Assembly: GCA_963760755.1 (NCBI GenBank)
Contig: CAVXEE010000004.1
Span: 627,235-691,234 of the forward strand
Origin: an uncultured Actinomycetes bacterium
Lineage (GTDB): Bacteria > Actinomycetota > Thermoleophilia > Gaiellales > JAICJC01
DNA length: 64,000 bases
Reading direction: 5' to 3'
This document shows, in pieces, positions 50,438 to 59,849 of this stretch. How positions within the stretch are numbered: position 1 is the first letter of the stretch; each line of letters starts with the position of its first letter. Made by a program: the position numbers and the translations under genes. The notes under the pieces are model-generated. The model saw only the letters and a program-made list of their open reading frames with translations. It was not told the DNA's origin and did no database searches.

Positions 50438-52162
50438 CTACGGCGCCGGCAGCACCGGCGTCCCCTGCCTGCGCACTGCGGCCAGCAGGTCGGGATCCAG
50501 CCCGAGCAGGCGCAGAATTGTCGGTGCGATCTCGGTCGTCTCGACGGGCGTCGACACGCTCCCCGCCGCGATGCCCGGTCCCGCGACGATCAGGGCGACA
50601 TGCCGGTCCTGCGGGTCGTCGCCGCCGTGCTCGGCGATCTTGCCGGTGCCGCCGGTGTACACCGTCCCATGCTGGACGATGCCGACCAGATCGGGCACCC
50701 GCGCGTCGCTCCTGGCCACGCCGAAGAACGCCGGGCCGAGCTTCACCGCGCGCAGCCCCGACGCCGTGAACCCGATCGGGTCGCCCGCGTAGTTCGTCGC
50801 CGCCCCTGCCGATGCCGGCTGCGAGTAGTGGAGCAGGAAGTGGCGGGCGAACGCGAGCCCGTCCTGGCTGCGGTCCGCACGCCAGATGTACATCGCGTCG
50901 TCATCGATCGCGAAGGCAACCAGGTCGCCGCTGCCGCCGTGGGCCTGCCACGCGGCGTTGAGCGCGTCGATCACGTTGCCGTCGTCGATGCGCTTGAGCG
51001 CGGTCGTCTCGATGGGCGACTGGCCGTGCTTGGCCGAGAGGATGATCGCCGTCTCCCCCAGGAGGTGACGATCGCCGAGCTCGTCCACCATGCGGCCGAC
51101 CGAGCGGTCGACGAAGGCGAGCGAATCGCGCAGCACCGGCCCCGGCACCCAGTGCCCGTCCTCGCGGACGTACCCGCCGAGCTGGTCCGTGCCGCCGATC
51201 GGCGACGTCGGCAGCTTCTCGCCGGTCGAGACCGACTGGAAGTTCATGCCGAAGAGCGCCGGAACGCCGACGTGCGCCGTGCGGCCATGGTTCCAGCCGT
51301 CGATCTCGTTGATGACCGCCTGCACCTTGATCGCGTCGTAGAACTGCGTGTCGCGGTTGTTCGTCGTCCAGTCGCCGCTCGGACCGGCGGGCAGACTGGG
51401 GTCCGTCGTCGAGCTGTTGATCTCGGGCGTGAACAGATCGTCGATGCCGGTGCCCGCGTGGCCGGAGAGCAGCTCATACGCCGGATGCTTGTCCGACCAG
51501 GCGGTGCGCAGGCCGTGGTCGTGCGCGACCTGGAACACCGTGTTCACGCGCAGGTACTGGCGCGGGTAGACGGGCGCGCACGTCCTCGGGTCGATGGGCA
51601 GCTGGGCCGGGTCGATCATGCCTGCCTCGATCGCGGGCACGTTGCCCGGCAGCGCAAGGACGCTGCCCGGAAGGCCCGAGTACAGGTTGGGGATCCCGAG
51701 GCCGGCGTCGATCGAGTTCAGGTCGCGGTCGATGTTCTCGGCGAAGTTCACCTCGGTGCCAAGACCCGTGGTCTGCCCCGGCGTGCATGCACTCCCGGGC
51801 GGCAGCAGGCGGCGGTTGTAGCTGTCGTCGTAGTAGATGCCGGTTGTGCGAGGGTCGCCGCCCGTGACCTGGGCGACCATGCCCGGGAAGGAGTCCGACG
51901 GCACCGGCGTGACGGCGTTTCGGTACTCAGCACCGGCGCCGGCGAGCCGGGCCAGCGCGCCGCCCGGATGATGCTGCACCCACCAGCGCAGGTCGGACTG
52001 GTGCAGCCCATCGACCGAGATGAGCAGCACATGATCGACCTTGACGTGGCGGGCGGCGGGCGCGTGCCCCGCGCCCGCGGCGGCGCTCGCCGACACGGCG
52101 GCTGCGGCGCCCACCGAAAGCGCGGCCGCCGCCGCGCGCCCAACTCGACCCAGACTGAACAT
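50438..52162 (-). CDS. Secreted alkaline phosphatase superfamily / nucleotide pyrophosphatase-phosphodiesterase
   Basis: Signal peptide; VLLISVDGLH, PSDSFPG, SAKHGQSP, AEHGG...DRHV. Confidence 0.85.
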   Translation of the reverse strand: MFSLGRVGRAAAAALSVGAAAAVSASAAAGAGHAPAARHVKVDHVLLISVDGLHQSDLRWWVQHHPGGALARLAGAGAEYRNAVTPVPSDSFPGMVAQVTGGDPRTTGIYYDDSYNRRLLPPGSACTPGQTTGLGTEVNFAENIDRDLNSIDAGLGIPNLYSGLPGSVLALPGNVPAIEAGMIDPAQLPIDPRTCAPVYPRQYLRVNTVFQVAHDHGLRTAWSDKHPAYELLSGHAGTGIDDLFTPEINSSTTDPSLPAGPSGDWTTNNRDTQFYDAIKVQAVINEIDGWNHGRTAHVGVPALFGMNFQSVSTGEKLPTSPIGGTDQLGGYVREDGHWVPGPVLRDSLAFVDRSVGRMVDELGDRHLLGETAIILSAKHGQSPIETTALKRIDDGNVIDALNAAWQAHGGSGDLVAFAIDDDAMYIWRADRSQDGLAFARHFLLHYSQPASAGAATNYAGDPIGFTASGLRAVKLGPAFFGVARSDARVPDLVGIVQHGTVYTGGTGKIAEHGGDDPQDRHVALIVAGPGIAAGSVSTPVETTEIAPTILRLLGLDPDLLAAVRRQGTPVLPAP

Positions 52163-52301
52163 CTCGCACCCCTTCCGACGTTTGGCCACCTGCCGTGGGC
52201 ATCGTCGCCAGCCGGTCATCGGAGTGGGGTTGCGGATCGGTGTCCAGCCGGTGAGCAACCGGTGTAGCGGGCGGTCGCCTACGCGCCGCGGCTCTCGAAG
52301 C

Positions 52302-52862
52302 TCAGGCTCGGTGCGGGGCGCTGTGGCGAACCGCGCCGAACGCCCCCGTGAGCGACCCAAACGCGGCCACGAGCAGGCACACCCCGGCACCTGAGCCGGC
52401 GACCACGCTCGGCGCGAGCGTCGTCTCGAGCCCGGCGGCGACCGCCGCGACGGCCGTCGCGGTAATCGCGACGCCGACGAGCGCCAGAAACGGGGTTCCG
52501 AACGCGCGCGACGCCGGCAGGAAGTGGAGCCCGACCCCTGCGCACAGCCAGACCGCGATCCACGACGCGAGTCCAACCGCTGCGAGCACGGCCGCTCCGG
52601 CGCCCAGCAGCATGAGCTCGGACGCGACGATCCGGTTGTAGCGGCGGCGCACCGCGGCGTCCCACGCCGGGGCTGCCGGCCCGTCCCTGGAAGCCGCGAC
52701 GGCGAGGCCCGCCGTGGCGACCAGCAGGCCGACGACCCCCCCGACCGCGAGGGCCAGCTGCGCCGATGACGGCGCCTCGGCACGCGCCCACGCGAACCAC
52801 ATCGAGGCAAGCAGCCCCTCGATGGTCGCAGTCAACGCCCGCGTCCGTGCCGTCGTCATCAT
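52302..52862 (-). CDS. Hypothetical membrane protein
   Basis: ~6 hydrophobic segments, WFAWA, VGLHFLP; start uncertain. Confidence 0.65.
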   Translation of the reverse strand: MMTTARTRALTATIEGLLASMWFAWARAEAPSSAQLALAVGGVVGLLVATAGLAVAASRDGPAAPAWDAAVRRRYNRIVASELMLLGAGAAVLAAVGLASWIAVWLCAGVGLHFLPASRAFGTPFLALVGVAITATAVAAVAAGLETTLAPSVVAGSGAGVCLLVAAFGSLTGAFGAVRHSAPHRA

Positions 52863-53061
52863 CTTGATACCCGTGCCCATCGTCATCCCCCAGGTGGTAC
52901 TTCCCGGCCGGGCGCGGGATCCCTCTCCCCTACGAGCAGCAGCTGGATCACGATTCGCCGTGGCAGGAAGGGTGCAGGTGGCTCCCATCGCCGCGTTCGT
53001 CCAGTTCCACGCGATGGCTCTCATGCGCCGGAGAGGAACCGCCTCTTTTGCAGGGAGTTCA

Positions 53062-53134
53062 TGGGCGGTACTGGGCTCGAACCAGTGACCCCCAGCTTGT
53101 CGAGCTGGTGCTCTCCCAACTGAGCTAACCGCCC
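53062..53134 (-). tRNA. tRNA-Val(GAC), CCA not encoded
   Basis: GGGCGGTTAGCTCAGTTGGGAGAGCACCAGCTCGACAAGCTGGGGGTCACTGGTTCGAGCCCAGTACCGCCCA folds as a cloverleaf. Confidence 0.95.
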
Positions 53135-53214
53135 CATGACTGCCTGTGCAGCGCGGTGCAGGATACCGGGCGCGTACGACCGGCGGCAACACCACCCGCC
53201 TCGGGCCCCGCGGC

Positions 53215-53631
53215 TCAGTGGTGCATGATCGCGCCGCCGGGGCCGAGCACGAACGACTTCGTGTTGTCGGCGCACGTCACGGCGGGCTGGTTTCCGTAGC
53301 CGAGGATCTGACACCACACCTTGGGCGCATAGCGATGAAACCACTTGCCGGAGTGGCCGACGGTGCCGGGCTGCACCTTCGTGCCGGAGTGCGTCTCGGT
53401 GATCTTGCCGGCGGCCGAGAGGGTCATAAACGTGTGGTCGGAGTACCGCTCGCAGCGAATGCTGGCCGACGAGCCAAGCCCTGCGGAGACGGGGCCGTAG
53501 ACCACGAACCGGCAACCGACCTTGCCGGCGGCCACATGGAAGTTGCCGCTCGACGCGACAGAGGCTGCCGAGGCCGTGGCGGCCCAGACGAGCGCAGCGA
53601 TGACGAGGAGGGAGACGAGAACGCGGGTCAT
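53215..53631 (-). CDS. Small secreted hypothetical protein (4 Cys)
   Basis: Signal peptide MTRVLVSLLVIAALVWAATASA. Confidence 0.7.
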   Translation of the reverse strand: MTRVLVSLLVIAALVWAATASAASVASSGNFHVAAGKVGCRFVVYGPVSAGLGSSASIRCERYSDHTFMTLSAAGKITETHSGTKVQPGTVGHSGKWFHRYAPKVWCQILGYGNQPAVTCADNTKSFVLGPGGAIMHH

Positions 53632-53689
53632 GACATCCGTGATCGGCAGCGGGAGCGCGATCCGCTGCGCCCGATTGGGGGACCGGGGG

Positions 53690-55846
53690 TCAGATGCGCT
53701 CGAGCGGGGCGTACCCGAGCATCAGCCGGCGCTCGGAGCCGTCCTCGCGGAAGCGCACCGCGACCACGTCGCGGTCGAGGCCGATCACCGTGCCCTCGCC
53801 GAGCGTGGCGTGGCGGACGTCGTCGCCGATCGAGAGCGCCGGGACCGGCTGCTCCGGGCCGCGTGCGCCCGCCGGCGCCGGCGGCGCCTGCCAGGCCGGC
53901 GCCTTGCGCTCGCGCTCGATCTCGTCGGACGGAAGCTCGCTCAGGAAGCGCGACGGCAGGTTGTAGCCGCGCACGCCGAAGATCGTGCGTGTGTGCGCGT
54001 GCGTCAGCGTGAGCGACTGGCGGGCGCGCGTCATGCCGACGTAGCAGAGCCGCCGCTCCTCGGCCTCGTCGCCCTCGTCCAGCGAGCGCTGGTGCGGGAA
54101 CAGCCCCTCCTCGAGGCCGATCACGAACACGATCGGGAACTCGAGCCCCTTCGCGTTGTGCAGCGTCATCAGCGTCACCTCGGGCCGCGCCTCGGACAGC
54201 GAGTCGGAGTCGGAGTAGAGCGAGATCTCCTGCAGGAAGGTCGCGAGCGACGCATCCTCCTCGCCGCGGTCGACGAACTCGCGGGCGACCCCGACGAGCT
54301 CGTCGAGGTTCTCGATCCGCCCCTGCGATTCGAACGTGCGCTCGCCCTCGAGCATCGCCCGGTAGCCCGTCTGCTCCAGGATCTGCTCGAGCAGCTCCGC
54401 GGGCGTCGCCGTCGCCACCAGCTCGCGCAGCTCGGCGATCAGCGTCGCGAACTCGCGCACACGCGCGCCGGCGGCGGTGCCGAGGCCGGCCGAGCTCGAG
54501 TGCTCGATCGCCTCGAGCAGCGACCAGTTCATCTGCCCGGCGTGGGCGGCGAGCCGCTCGAGCGAGGCCGCGCCGATCCCGCGCCGCGGCTGGTTCACGA
54601 TCCGCCGCAGCGACACCTCGTCGGCCGGGTTGTGCAGCACCTGCAGGTAGGCGATCGCGTCCTTGATCTCGGCCCGCTCGTAGAAGCGGGGGCCGCCCAC
54701 GACGCGGTAGCCGATGCCCTGACGGACGAGCACGTCCTCGAGCACGCGCGACTGTGCGTTCATGCGATAGAAGACGGCGACGTCGGCCGGGCCGGCGCCC
54801 TCGTCGAGCGCGCGGCTGATCTCACCGGCCACGTAGCGGGCCTCGGAGTGCTCGTCGTCGGCCTCGACGACCCGCACCGGCAGCCCGCGGCCGAGATCGG
54901 ACCACAGCCGCTTCGGCCGCCGGTCGGGGTTGCGCGCGATCACCGCGTTCGCGGCGTCGAGGATCGCCTGGGTCGAGCGGTAGTTCTGCTCGAGCGCGAC
55001 GACCCGCGCGCCGGGAAAGTCGTGCTCGAACTCGGCGATGTTGCGGATGTCGGCGCCGCGGAACGCGTAGATCGACTGGTCGGGATCGCCGACGACGGCG
55101 ATGTTGCGGTGCTTCTCGGCCAGCACCGACAGGAGCCGGAACTGGGCGTGGTTCGTGTCCTGGTACTCGTCGACCATGATGTGGCTGAACCGCTCCTGCC
55201 AGGCGGCGCGCGCCTCGCCGTCGGCCTCGAGCAGCAGCACCGTCTGCAGGATCATGTCGTCGAAGTCCATCGCGTTGGCCGCGTACAGCCGGCGCTGGTA
55301 GAGCGTGTACACCGACGCGACCGTCTGCTCGAAGAAGTTGCCGACCTGGTCGCCGTAGGCCTCGGCCGTGAGCAGGCGGTCCTTGGCGCGGGAGATGGCG
55401 GTGTGCACGGCCCGGGGCGCGAACCGCTTCGGGTCGAGCTCGAGCTCCTCGATGCACGCCTTCACGAGGCGCACCTGGTCGGCCTGGTCGTAGATCGTGA
55501 AGCTCGACCGGTACCCGATGCGCTCCGCGTCGCGCCGCAGCAGGCGCCCGCAGGCGGCATGGAACGTCATCACCCACATCCGGCCGGCGGTGCGCCCGCC
55601 GACGAGCTGCTGCACCCGCTCCTTCATCTCGTTCGCGGCCCGGTTGGTGAAGGTGATCGCGAGGATCCCTGTCGGCTCCGCGGCGCCGGACTCGATCAGA
55701 TGCGCGACCCGGTGGGTGAGGACGCGGGTCTTGCCCGACCCGGCGCCCGCGACGATCAGCATCGGGCCGTCGGTATGCACGACGGCCTCGCGCTGCTGCG
55801 GGTTGAGCGCGTCGAGCAGAGATGTGGCGGCGCCCGCCGCGGTCAC
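53690..55846 (-). CDS. pcrA: ATP-dependent DNA helicase PcrA/UvrD
   Basis: AGAGSGKT, TFTNRAA, VDEYQDTN, GDPDQSIY, QNYRST, LHNAKGLEFP, EERRLCYVGMTRA, C-terminal Tudor-like domain. Confidence 0.95.
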   Translation of the reverse strand: MTAAGAATSLLDALNPQQREAVVHTDGPMLIVAGAGSGKTRVLTHRVAHLIESGAAEPTGILAITFTNRAANEMKERVQQLVGGRTAGRMWVMTFHAACGRLLRRDAERIGYRSSFTIYDQADQVRLVKACIEELELDPKRFAPRAVHTAISRAKDRLLTAEAYGDQVGNFFEQTVASVYTLYQRRLYAANAMDFDDMILQTVLLLEADGEARAAWQERFSHIMVDEYQDTNHAQFRLLSVLAEKHRNIAVVGDPDQSIYAFRGADIRNIAEFEHDFPGARVVALEQNYRSTQAILDAANAVIARNPDRRPKRLWSDLGRGLPVRVVEADDEHSEARYVAGEISRALDEGAGPADVAVFYRMNAQSRVLEDVLVRQGIGYRVVGGPRFYERAEIKDAIAYLQVLHNPADEVSLRRIVNQPRRGIGAASLERLAAHAGQMNWSLLEAIEHSSSAGLGTAAGARVREFATLIAELRELVATATPAELLEQILEQTGYRAMLEGERTFESQGRIENLDELVGVAREFVDRGEEDASLATFLQEISLYSDSDSLSEARPEVTLMTLHNAKGLEFPIVFVIGLEEGLFPHQRSLDEGDEAEERRLCYVGMTRARQSLTLTHAHTRTIFGVRGYNLPSRFLSELPSDEIERERKAPAWQAPPAPAGARGPEQPVPALSIGDDVRHATLGEGTVIGLDRDVVAVRFREDGSERRLMLGYAPLERI

Positions 55847-55920
55847 CCCGCGGCGCCGGACGGACGGGCTTGGGTCGGGCAGGCGCTCACCCGACGGATT
55901 CTACCGGGCCGCCCGGAGGT

Positions 55921-55949
55921 GCCGGGAGGGGCCGAGGGCCCCTCCCGGC
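55921..55949 (-). terminator. GC-rich hairpin after the 55961-56413 gene
   Basis: gccgggaggggcc-gag-ggcccctcccggc, 13-bp perfect stem. Confidence 0.6.
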
Positions 55950-55960
55950 AGGTCAGTCGC

Positions 55961-56413
55961 CTAGAGCGGCGGGCAGGACACGATGATGTGGAATCCCGCG
56001 GCCGTGAGTGCCCCCGTGGCATCGAACGTCTGCACGTAGACGCCGTTCACGTGGCCGTTGCGGCCCACGACTCCGGCGTAGCCGATCGGCGGCGTCCCCG
56101 ATGAGGTGTTCGACCCCAGGGTGACGACGTAGGCGCACTTGCGCATGCCGCGCTTGAAGAGCACCTGGTACGAGCCGGTGCCCTCCGGGGCGGATGACAG
56201 GGCGCCGTACCCGCGAGCGAGGCTGCCGTCGGCCCTCACGACCGCAAACAGCGTTGCCGCGCTGCCCTTGAACGCCGCCGCCGCAGGGGCGATCGAGGTG
56301 TTGTGCACGGCACCGGAGTTCGCCGGCGTCGACGCCCCCTGGGCGATGCCGATGCCGAGGCAGGTAGCAGCGGTCAAGACAAGCGCCCCCACCACCGCAA
56401 GCTTGTTACGCAT
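55961..56413 (-). CDS. Secreted hypothetical beta-rich protein
   Basis: Signal peptide; FAVVRADGSLARG...GSYQVLF...CAYVVTLG...FHIIVSC; AAGGAGAGAGG RBS. Confidence 0.75.
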   Translation of the reverse strand: MRNKLAVVGALVLTAATCLGIGIAQGASTPANSGAVHNTSIAPAAAAFKGSAATLFAVVRADGSLARGYGALSSAPEGTGSYQVLFKRGMRKCAYVVTLGSNTSSGTPPIGYAGVVGRNGHVNGVYVQTFDATGALTAAGFHIIVSCPPL

Positions 56414-56485
56414 CTTCCTCTCTCCTTTGTCGAGAAGCGGATCGCGGCAGATCGTACAGGTCGGTTCGCCGCCCCGACAGAACGC

Positions 56486-56517
56486 GCGACGACCCGGCCA
56501 CCCGGCCGGGTCGTCGC
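56486..56517 (-). terminator. Hairpin after the Ig-like protein gene
   Basis: gcgacgacccggcc-accc-ggccgggtcgtcgc, 14-bp stem. Confidence 0.6.
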
Positions 56518-56540
56518 AGTGTGCGGATCGGGGATCGGGC

Positions 56541-58838
56541 TCAGTGCACGCGCACCGTCACCGTGCGGCTGCGGCCGAGCGCATCGGTCGGCGTCGCCGG
56601 GGCGACGACCCGCAGGATGTAGCGGCCGGAGAGCCCGGCGACCACGGTCTTTGCGAACCGCGACCGGATGCCGAGCTGCGGCGTCGCCACGGTCTGCCAG
56701 CCCCGCGCGGTCAGGAGCTGCACCTGCACGCGCCCGCCGGGATGGCCGGGCGCGACGAACCCCGTCAGCCGCACCGCACCGCCGGGATGGATGCGGAGGT
56801 GGTCGACGGCGAGGGCGACGCGCTGGGCGACGACGACCGTCCGCGTCGCGCCGACCGCCGGGGCGGCCGTGAGGGCCGCGCGGTAGACGGTCGTGCGCAG
56901 CGGTGCGACCGACCAGGCCACCGCGCCGTCCTTGCCGCTCGTCAGGGTGCGAACGGGGCGGAACCCGGCCTGTCCGGCGGGCCGGCTCGAGATCGTCACC
57001 CGGACGCCCACGAGCGGAGTCCCATTCGCCGTGGCGACGAAGCGGACGGTGGCGCGGCCACCGGCCGTCACGGATGCCGGCGCCTGTCCCGCGAGCCTCA
57101 TCACGGCCGGGTCGGCGACCGCGAACTGCCATACCACCGGCCCGGCCACGTTGCCGGCCTTGTCGGCGACCGCCACCGAGACGGTGTGCACCCCGGCCGC
57201 GAGCGTCCCGGGGGCGTAGCGGAAGTGGCCGGCGGCGTACGTGCCCCAGGACGTCACGTCGGAGCCGTCGAGCACGACGTGGAGGGAGGCCGGATCGATC
57301 CCGGCGCCTGCATCGCTCACGTCGACGCCGATCGCCGAGGCGCCCGGCACGGTGCTGCCTGCGACGGGCGTGCCGCCGGAGATCGCAGGCGGCGTGTCGT
57401 CGCGCTCGTCGAACGACCACTGCAGCGGCGCCGACCGGTTGCCGGCCAGGTCGCTCGCGCGCACCACGACGGTGTGGTTGCCGAAGCCCAGCGGCGTGGT
57501 CGGCGTGTACGTGAAGCGCCCGCCGGCGAAGCCGCCGTGCGCCGAGACGTCGTTGCCGTCGACCGTCATCACGATCGACGCGGGGTCGACGCCGACGCCC
57601 GCGTCCGCCACCGCGACCGACAGGGCCGGCGTGGCGTCCGAGGTCGACGAGCCGTCGTCGGGCCGCACGTCGGAGAGCACGGGCGGGACGGCGTCGCGCA
57701 CCACGAAGGTCCAGAAGCCGTCGCGCACGTTCCCCGCGCCGTCGGTCGCATGCCATGTCACGGTATGCGTGCCGTAGCTCAGGTCGGAGCTCGGGACGAA
57801 CGTGGCGTCGCTGCCCGTGATCGTCATGGGCGCCCCGTCGACGCTCGCCTCGAACTGGCCGAGGCCGCTCGGGCCCGGGTCGACCGAGAACGACACCGGC
57901 ACGCGCTGGTCGGTGGTCGTGCCGGCGGGCACCATGGCCGCCGCGGTGGGCGCGTGCGCGTCGACGCGCACGGTCACGGGCGCCTGCGCCTGCTCGCCCG
58001 CCGCGTCGGCGACGGCCACGGTGAGGGTGTGGACGCCGTCGCCGAGCGCGGCCGGCGCCGTCGCCAGCTCGTGCGAGTAGGCCGTGAGGCCGGCGTGGAT
58101 GCCGCTCTGGCGCACGACGGTGTCGGTGGCAAGGGTCGCACCCGCCTGGCTCAGGCTCGCCGAGGCGACACCGGCACCGGCGTCGGTCGCGGACACGGTC
58201 AGGGCCACGGGCTGGCTCTCGTTGTGCCAGCTGCCGTCGGCGAGCGCGCCGGAGACGGCGATCGCGGGCGCCGTGTCGTCGGTGAGCCTGGCCGTGAGCG
58301 CGGTCACGCGCATGTTGTTGTTCCACTTGTCGGTGTAGTCGCGGGCGACGTCGGTCTTCAGGAACACGCCGACGACCTGGTTCCCGGCCGGGATCGTCCA
58401 GGTCTCGGACGCGTTGCCGGTCGACGGGTGGATCTGCGCCGACGCGGGGAACGACTCGCTGCGCAGGCGCGCCTTCATGTAAGCGGACGTGCCGGTGGCG
58501 GCGGTCTTGTAGCTGACGTCGAGCGAGCCGGACGCGATCGTGGTGGTCAGCGGGGCCTCCCACTGCCACCAGGCGTTGGCGAGCTTCGGCGCCTGGCCGA
58601 AGGCGAAGATGCGAAGCGGCGTCGGGCTGGGCACGTCGGCGTCGCCGCACGGGCCGGGATGCAGGCGCAGGGCGCAGCCGGCGAAGCCGGGATCGCCGGC
58701 GAACGACCAGCCGCTCGTGTCCTTCGCGGTGTCGACGGTGATCGAGTACGTCCCGGCCCGGGCGACGGCCGGGGCGAGCGCGGCCGAGAGCAGCGACGCG
58801 GCGGCTGCTGCGCTCAGCGCGAGTGCACGGAGATTCAC
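56541..58838 (-). CDS. Secreted protein with multiple Ig-like repeats
   Basis: Signal peptide; repeated G.HT..V.A.D.AGN and D.TPP motifs; AAGGA RBS with GTG start. Confidence 0.8.
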   Translation of the reverse strand: MNLRALALSAAAAASLLSAALAPAVARAGTYSITVDTAKDTSGWSFAGDPGFAGCALRLHPGPCGDADVPSPTPLRIFAFGQAPKLANAWWQWEAPLTTTIASGSLDVSYKTAATGTSAYMKARLRSESFPASAQIHPSTGNASETWTIPAGNQVVGVFLKTDVARDYTDKWNNNMRVTALTARLTDDTAPAIAVSGALADGSWHNESQPVALTVSATDAGAGVASASLSQAGATLATDTVVRQSGIHAGLTAYSHELATAPAALGDGVHTLTVAVADAAGEQAQAPVTVRVDAHAPTAAAMVPAGTTTDQRVPVSFSVDPGPSGLGQFEASVDGAPMTITGSDATFVPSSDLSYGTHTVTWHATDGAGNVRDGFWTFVVRDAVPPVLSDVRPDDGSSTSDATPALSVAVADAGVGVDPASIVMTVDGNDVSAHGGFAGGRFTYTPTTPLGFGNHTVVVRASDLAGNRSAPLQWSFDERDDTPPAISGGTPVAGSTVPGASAIGVDVSDAGAGIDPASLHVVLDGSDVTSWGTYAAGHFRYAPGTLAAGVHTVSVAVADKAGNVAGPVVWQFAVADPAVMRLAGQAPASVTAGGRATVRFVATANGTPLVGVRVTISSRPAGQAGFRPVRTLTSGKDGAVAWSVAPLRTTVYRAALTAAPAVGATRTVVVAQRVALAVDHLRIHPGGAVRLTGFVAPGHPGGRVQVQLLTARGWQTVATPQLGIRSRFAKTVVAGLSGRYILRVVAPATPTDALGRSRTVTVRVH

Positions 58839-58990
58839 GGGGGGTCCTTTCAGAGCGTGTTGCGGGGGGTTGCCCTCATCGTGTCCGCCCGGCCCGTCAC
58901 GGCTCCAGACCGGGGCCGCTGCAATTCCGCGCCGGAACTGTCACGCGCCGTGTGACATCGCACGACGCCGAGGCGCTACCCTGATCGGCC

Positions 58991-59608
58991 ATGCAGGCCG
59001 TCATCCTCTCGGAGCGCGCCCTGGCAGACACGGACGACCTCTTCGACGCCGCCGTCGGCCACGTCGTGCGCAAGCTCGGCCGGGTGAAGCCGCTCGACGC
59101 GGAGTCGCTGCCGGACGCGCGTGCGCTGCGCGTGACCGCGCTCGACCTATGGGCCGGCTCGGACGTCGGCAACTGGCGCGGCGAGCTCGCCCGCTACTAC
59201 GAGGATCACATCCCGCTGCGCCTGCGCCCGGATGCGGCGCTGAACGCCGTCCTGCGGCGGCTGCAGGGCGCCGGCGTGCGGCTCGCGTGCTGGTCGCCCG
59301 GCCCCGAGGAGACGGTGCCGATCGTGGTCCACCACCTCGGCCTCGGCCGCCGGATCGAGCGGATCGGCGTCGGCGTGACGGCCGAGGTCGCCTGCCGGCT
59401 CGCCGACGACCTGGGGACGCCGCGCGATCAGACGCTCGTCGTCGCCGAGGATGCGGGCGCGCTGGCCGACGCTGTCGAGCGCGGCCTCGCGGGAGCCGCC
59501 GCGCTCTGGGCCGGCGCGGCGCCGGAGACTCCGCCGGGGGTGACGGCGCTTGCCACCCCGTCCGACCTCGTCACGCTCGTGCTCGGAGAGGCGGTGGCGG
59601 CGTCGTGA
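58991..59608 (+). CDS. HAD-like protein with degenerate catalytic motifs
   Basis: HAD-like layout (LRPDA...LRRLQGAGVRLACWS...HHLGL) but no DxD motif. Confidence 0.55.
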   Translation: MQAVILSERALADTDDLFDAAVGHVVRKLGRVKPLDAESLPDARALRVTALDLWAGSDVGNWRGELARYYEDHIPLRLRPDAALNAVLRRLQGAGVRLACWSPGPEETVPIVVHHLGLGRRIERIGVGVTAEVACRLADDLGTPRDQTLVVAEDAGALADAVERGLAGAAALWAGAAPETPPGVTALATPSDLVTLVLGEAVAAS

Positions 59609-59814
59609 TGGACGAGGGCGACCGCCGTCTGGACATCCTGCTCGAGCGCATCGACCTGCTGCGACACGAGCTCGAGGTGATCGGCCGCCGGCTGGACGGC
59701 CTCGAGGGCCTGAACCGGATCGCAGAGGAGATGCACGACCTCAACTCCTCGCTGCAGGCGCTGGCCTACGCCGCGCTCGGCCGCCACGGGCCGGACGTGC
59801 GCCGCAAGCCCTAG
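59608..59814 (+). CDS. Small coiled-coil hypothetical protein (68 aa)
   Basis: MDEGDRRLDILLERIDLLRHELEVIGRRLDGLEGLNRIAEEMHDLNSSLQALAYAALG; TGATG coupling. Confidence 0.7.
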   Translation: MDEGDRRLDILLERIDLLRHELEVIGRRLDGLEGLNRIAEEMHDLNSSLQALAYAALGRHGPDVRRKP

Positions 59815-59816
59815 GC

Positions 59817-59849
59817 GTGAATACACGGGGTCTGACCCCGTCTATTCAC
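59817..59849. repeat. 33-bp palindromic REP-like element, copy 3
   Basis: gtgaatacacggggtctgaccccgtctattcac; 32/33 identical to copy 2. Confidence 0.88.

Noticed and set aside
53676-53694. ggggaccgggggtcaga as a fourth REP copy at the pcrA stop
   Set aside because: Only the GGGGTCAGA half matches; the complementary arm and GTGAATA ends are missing.
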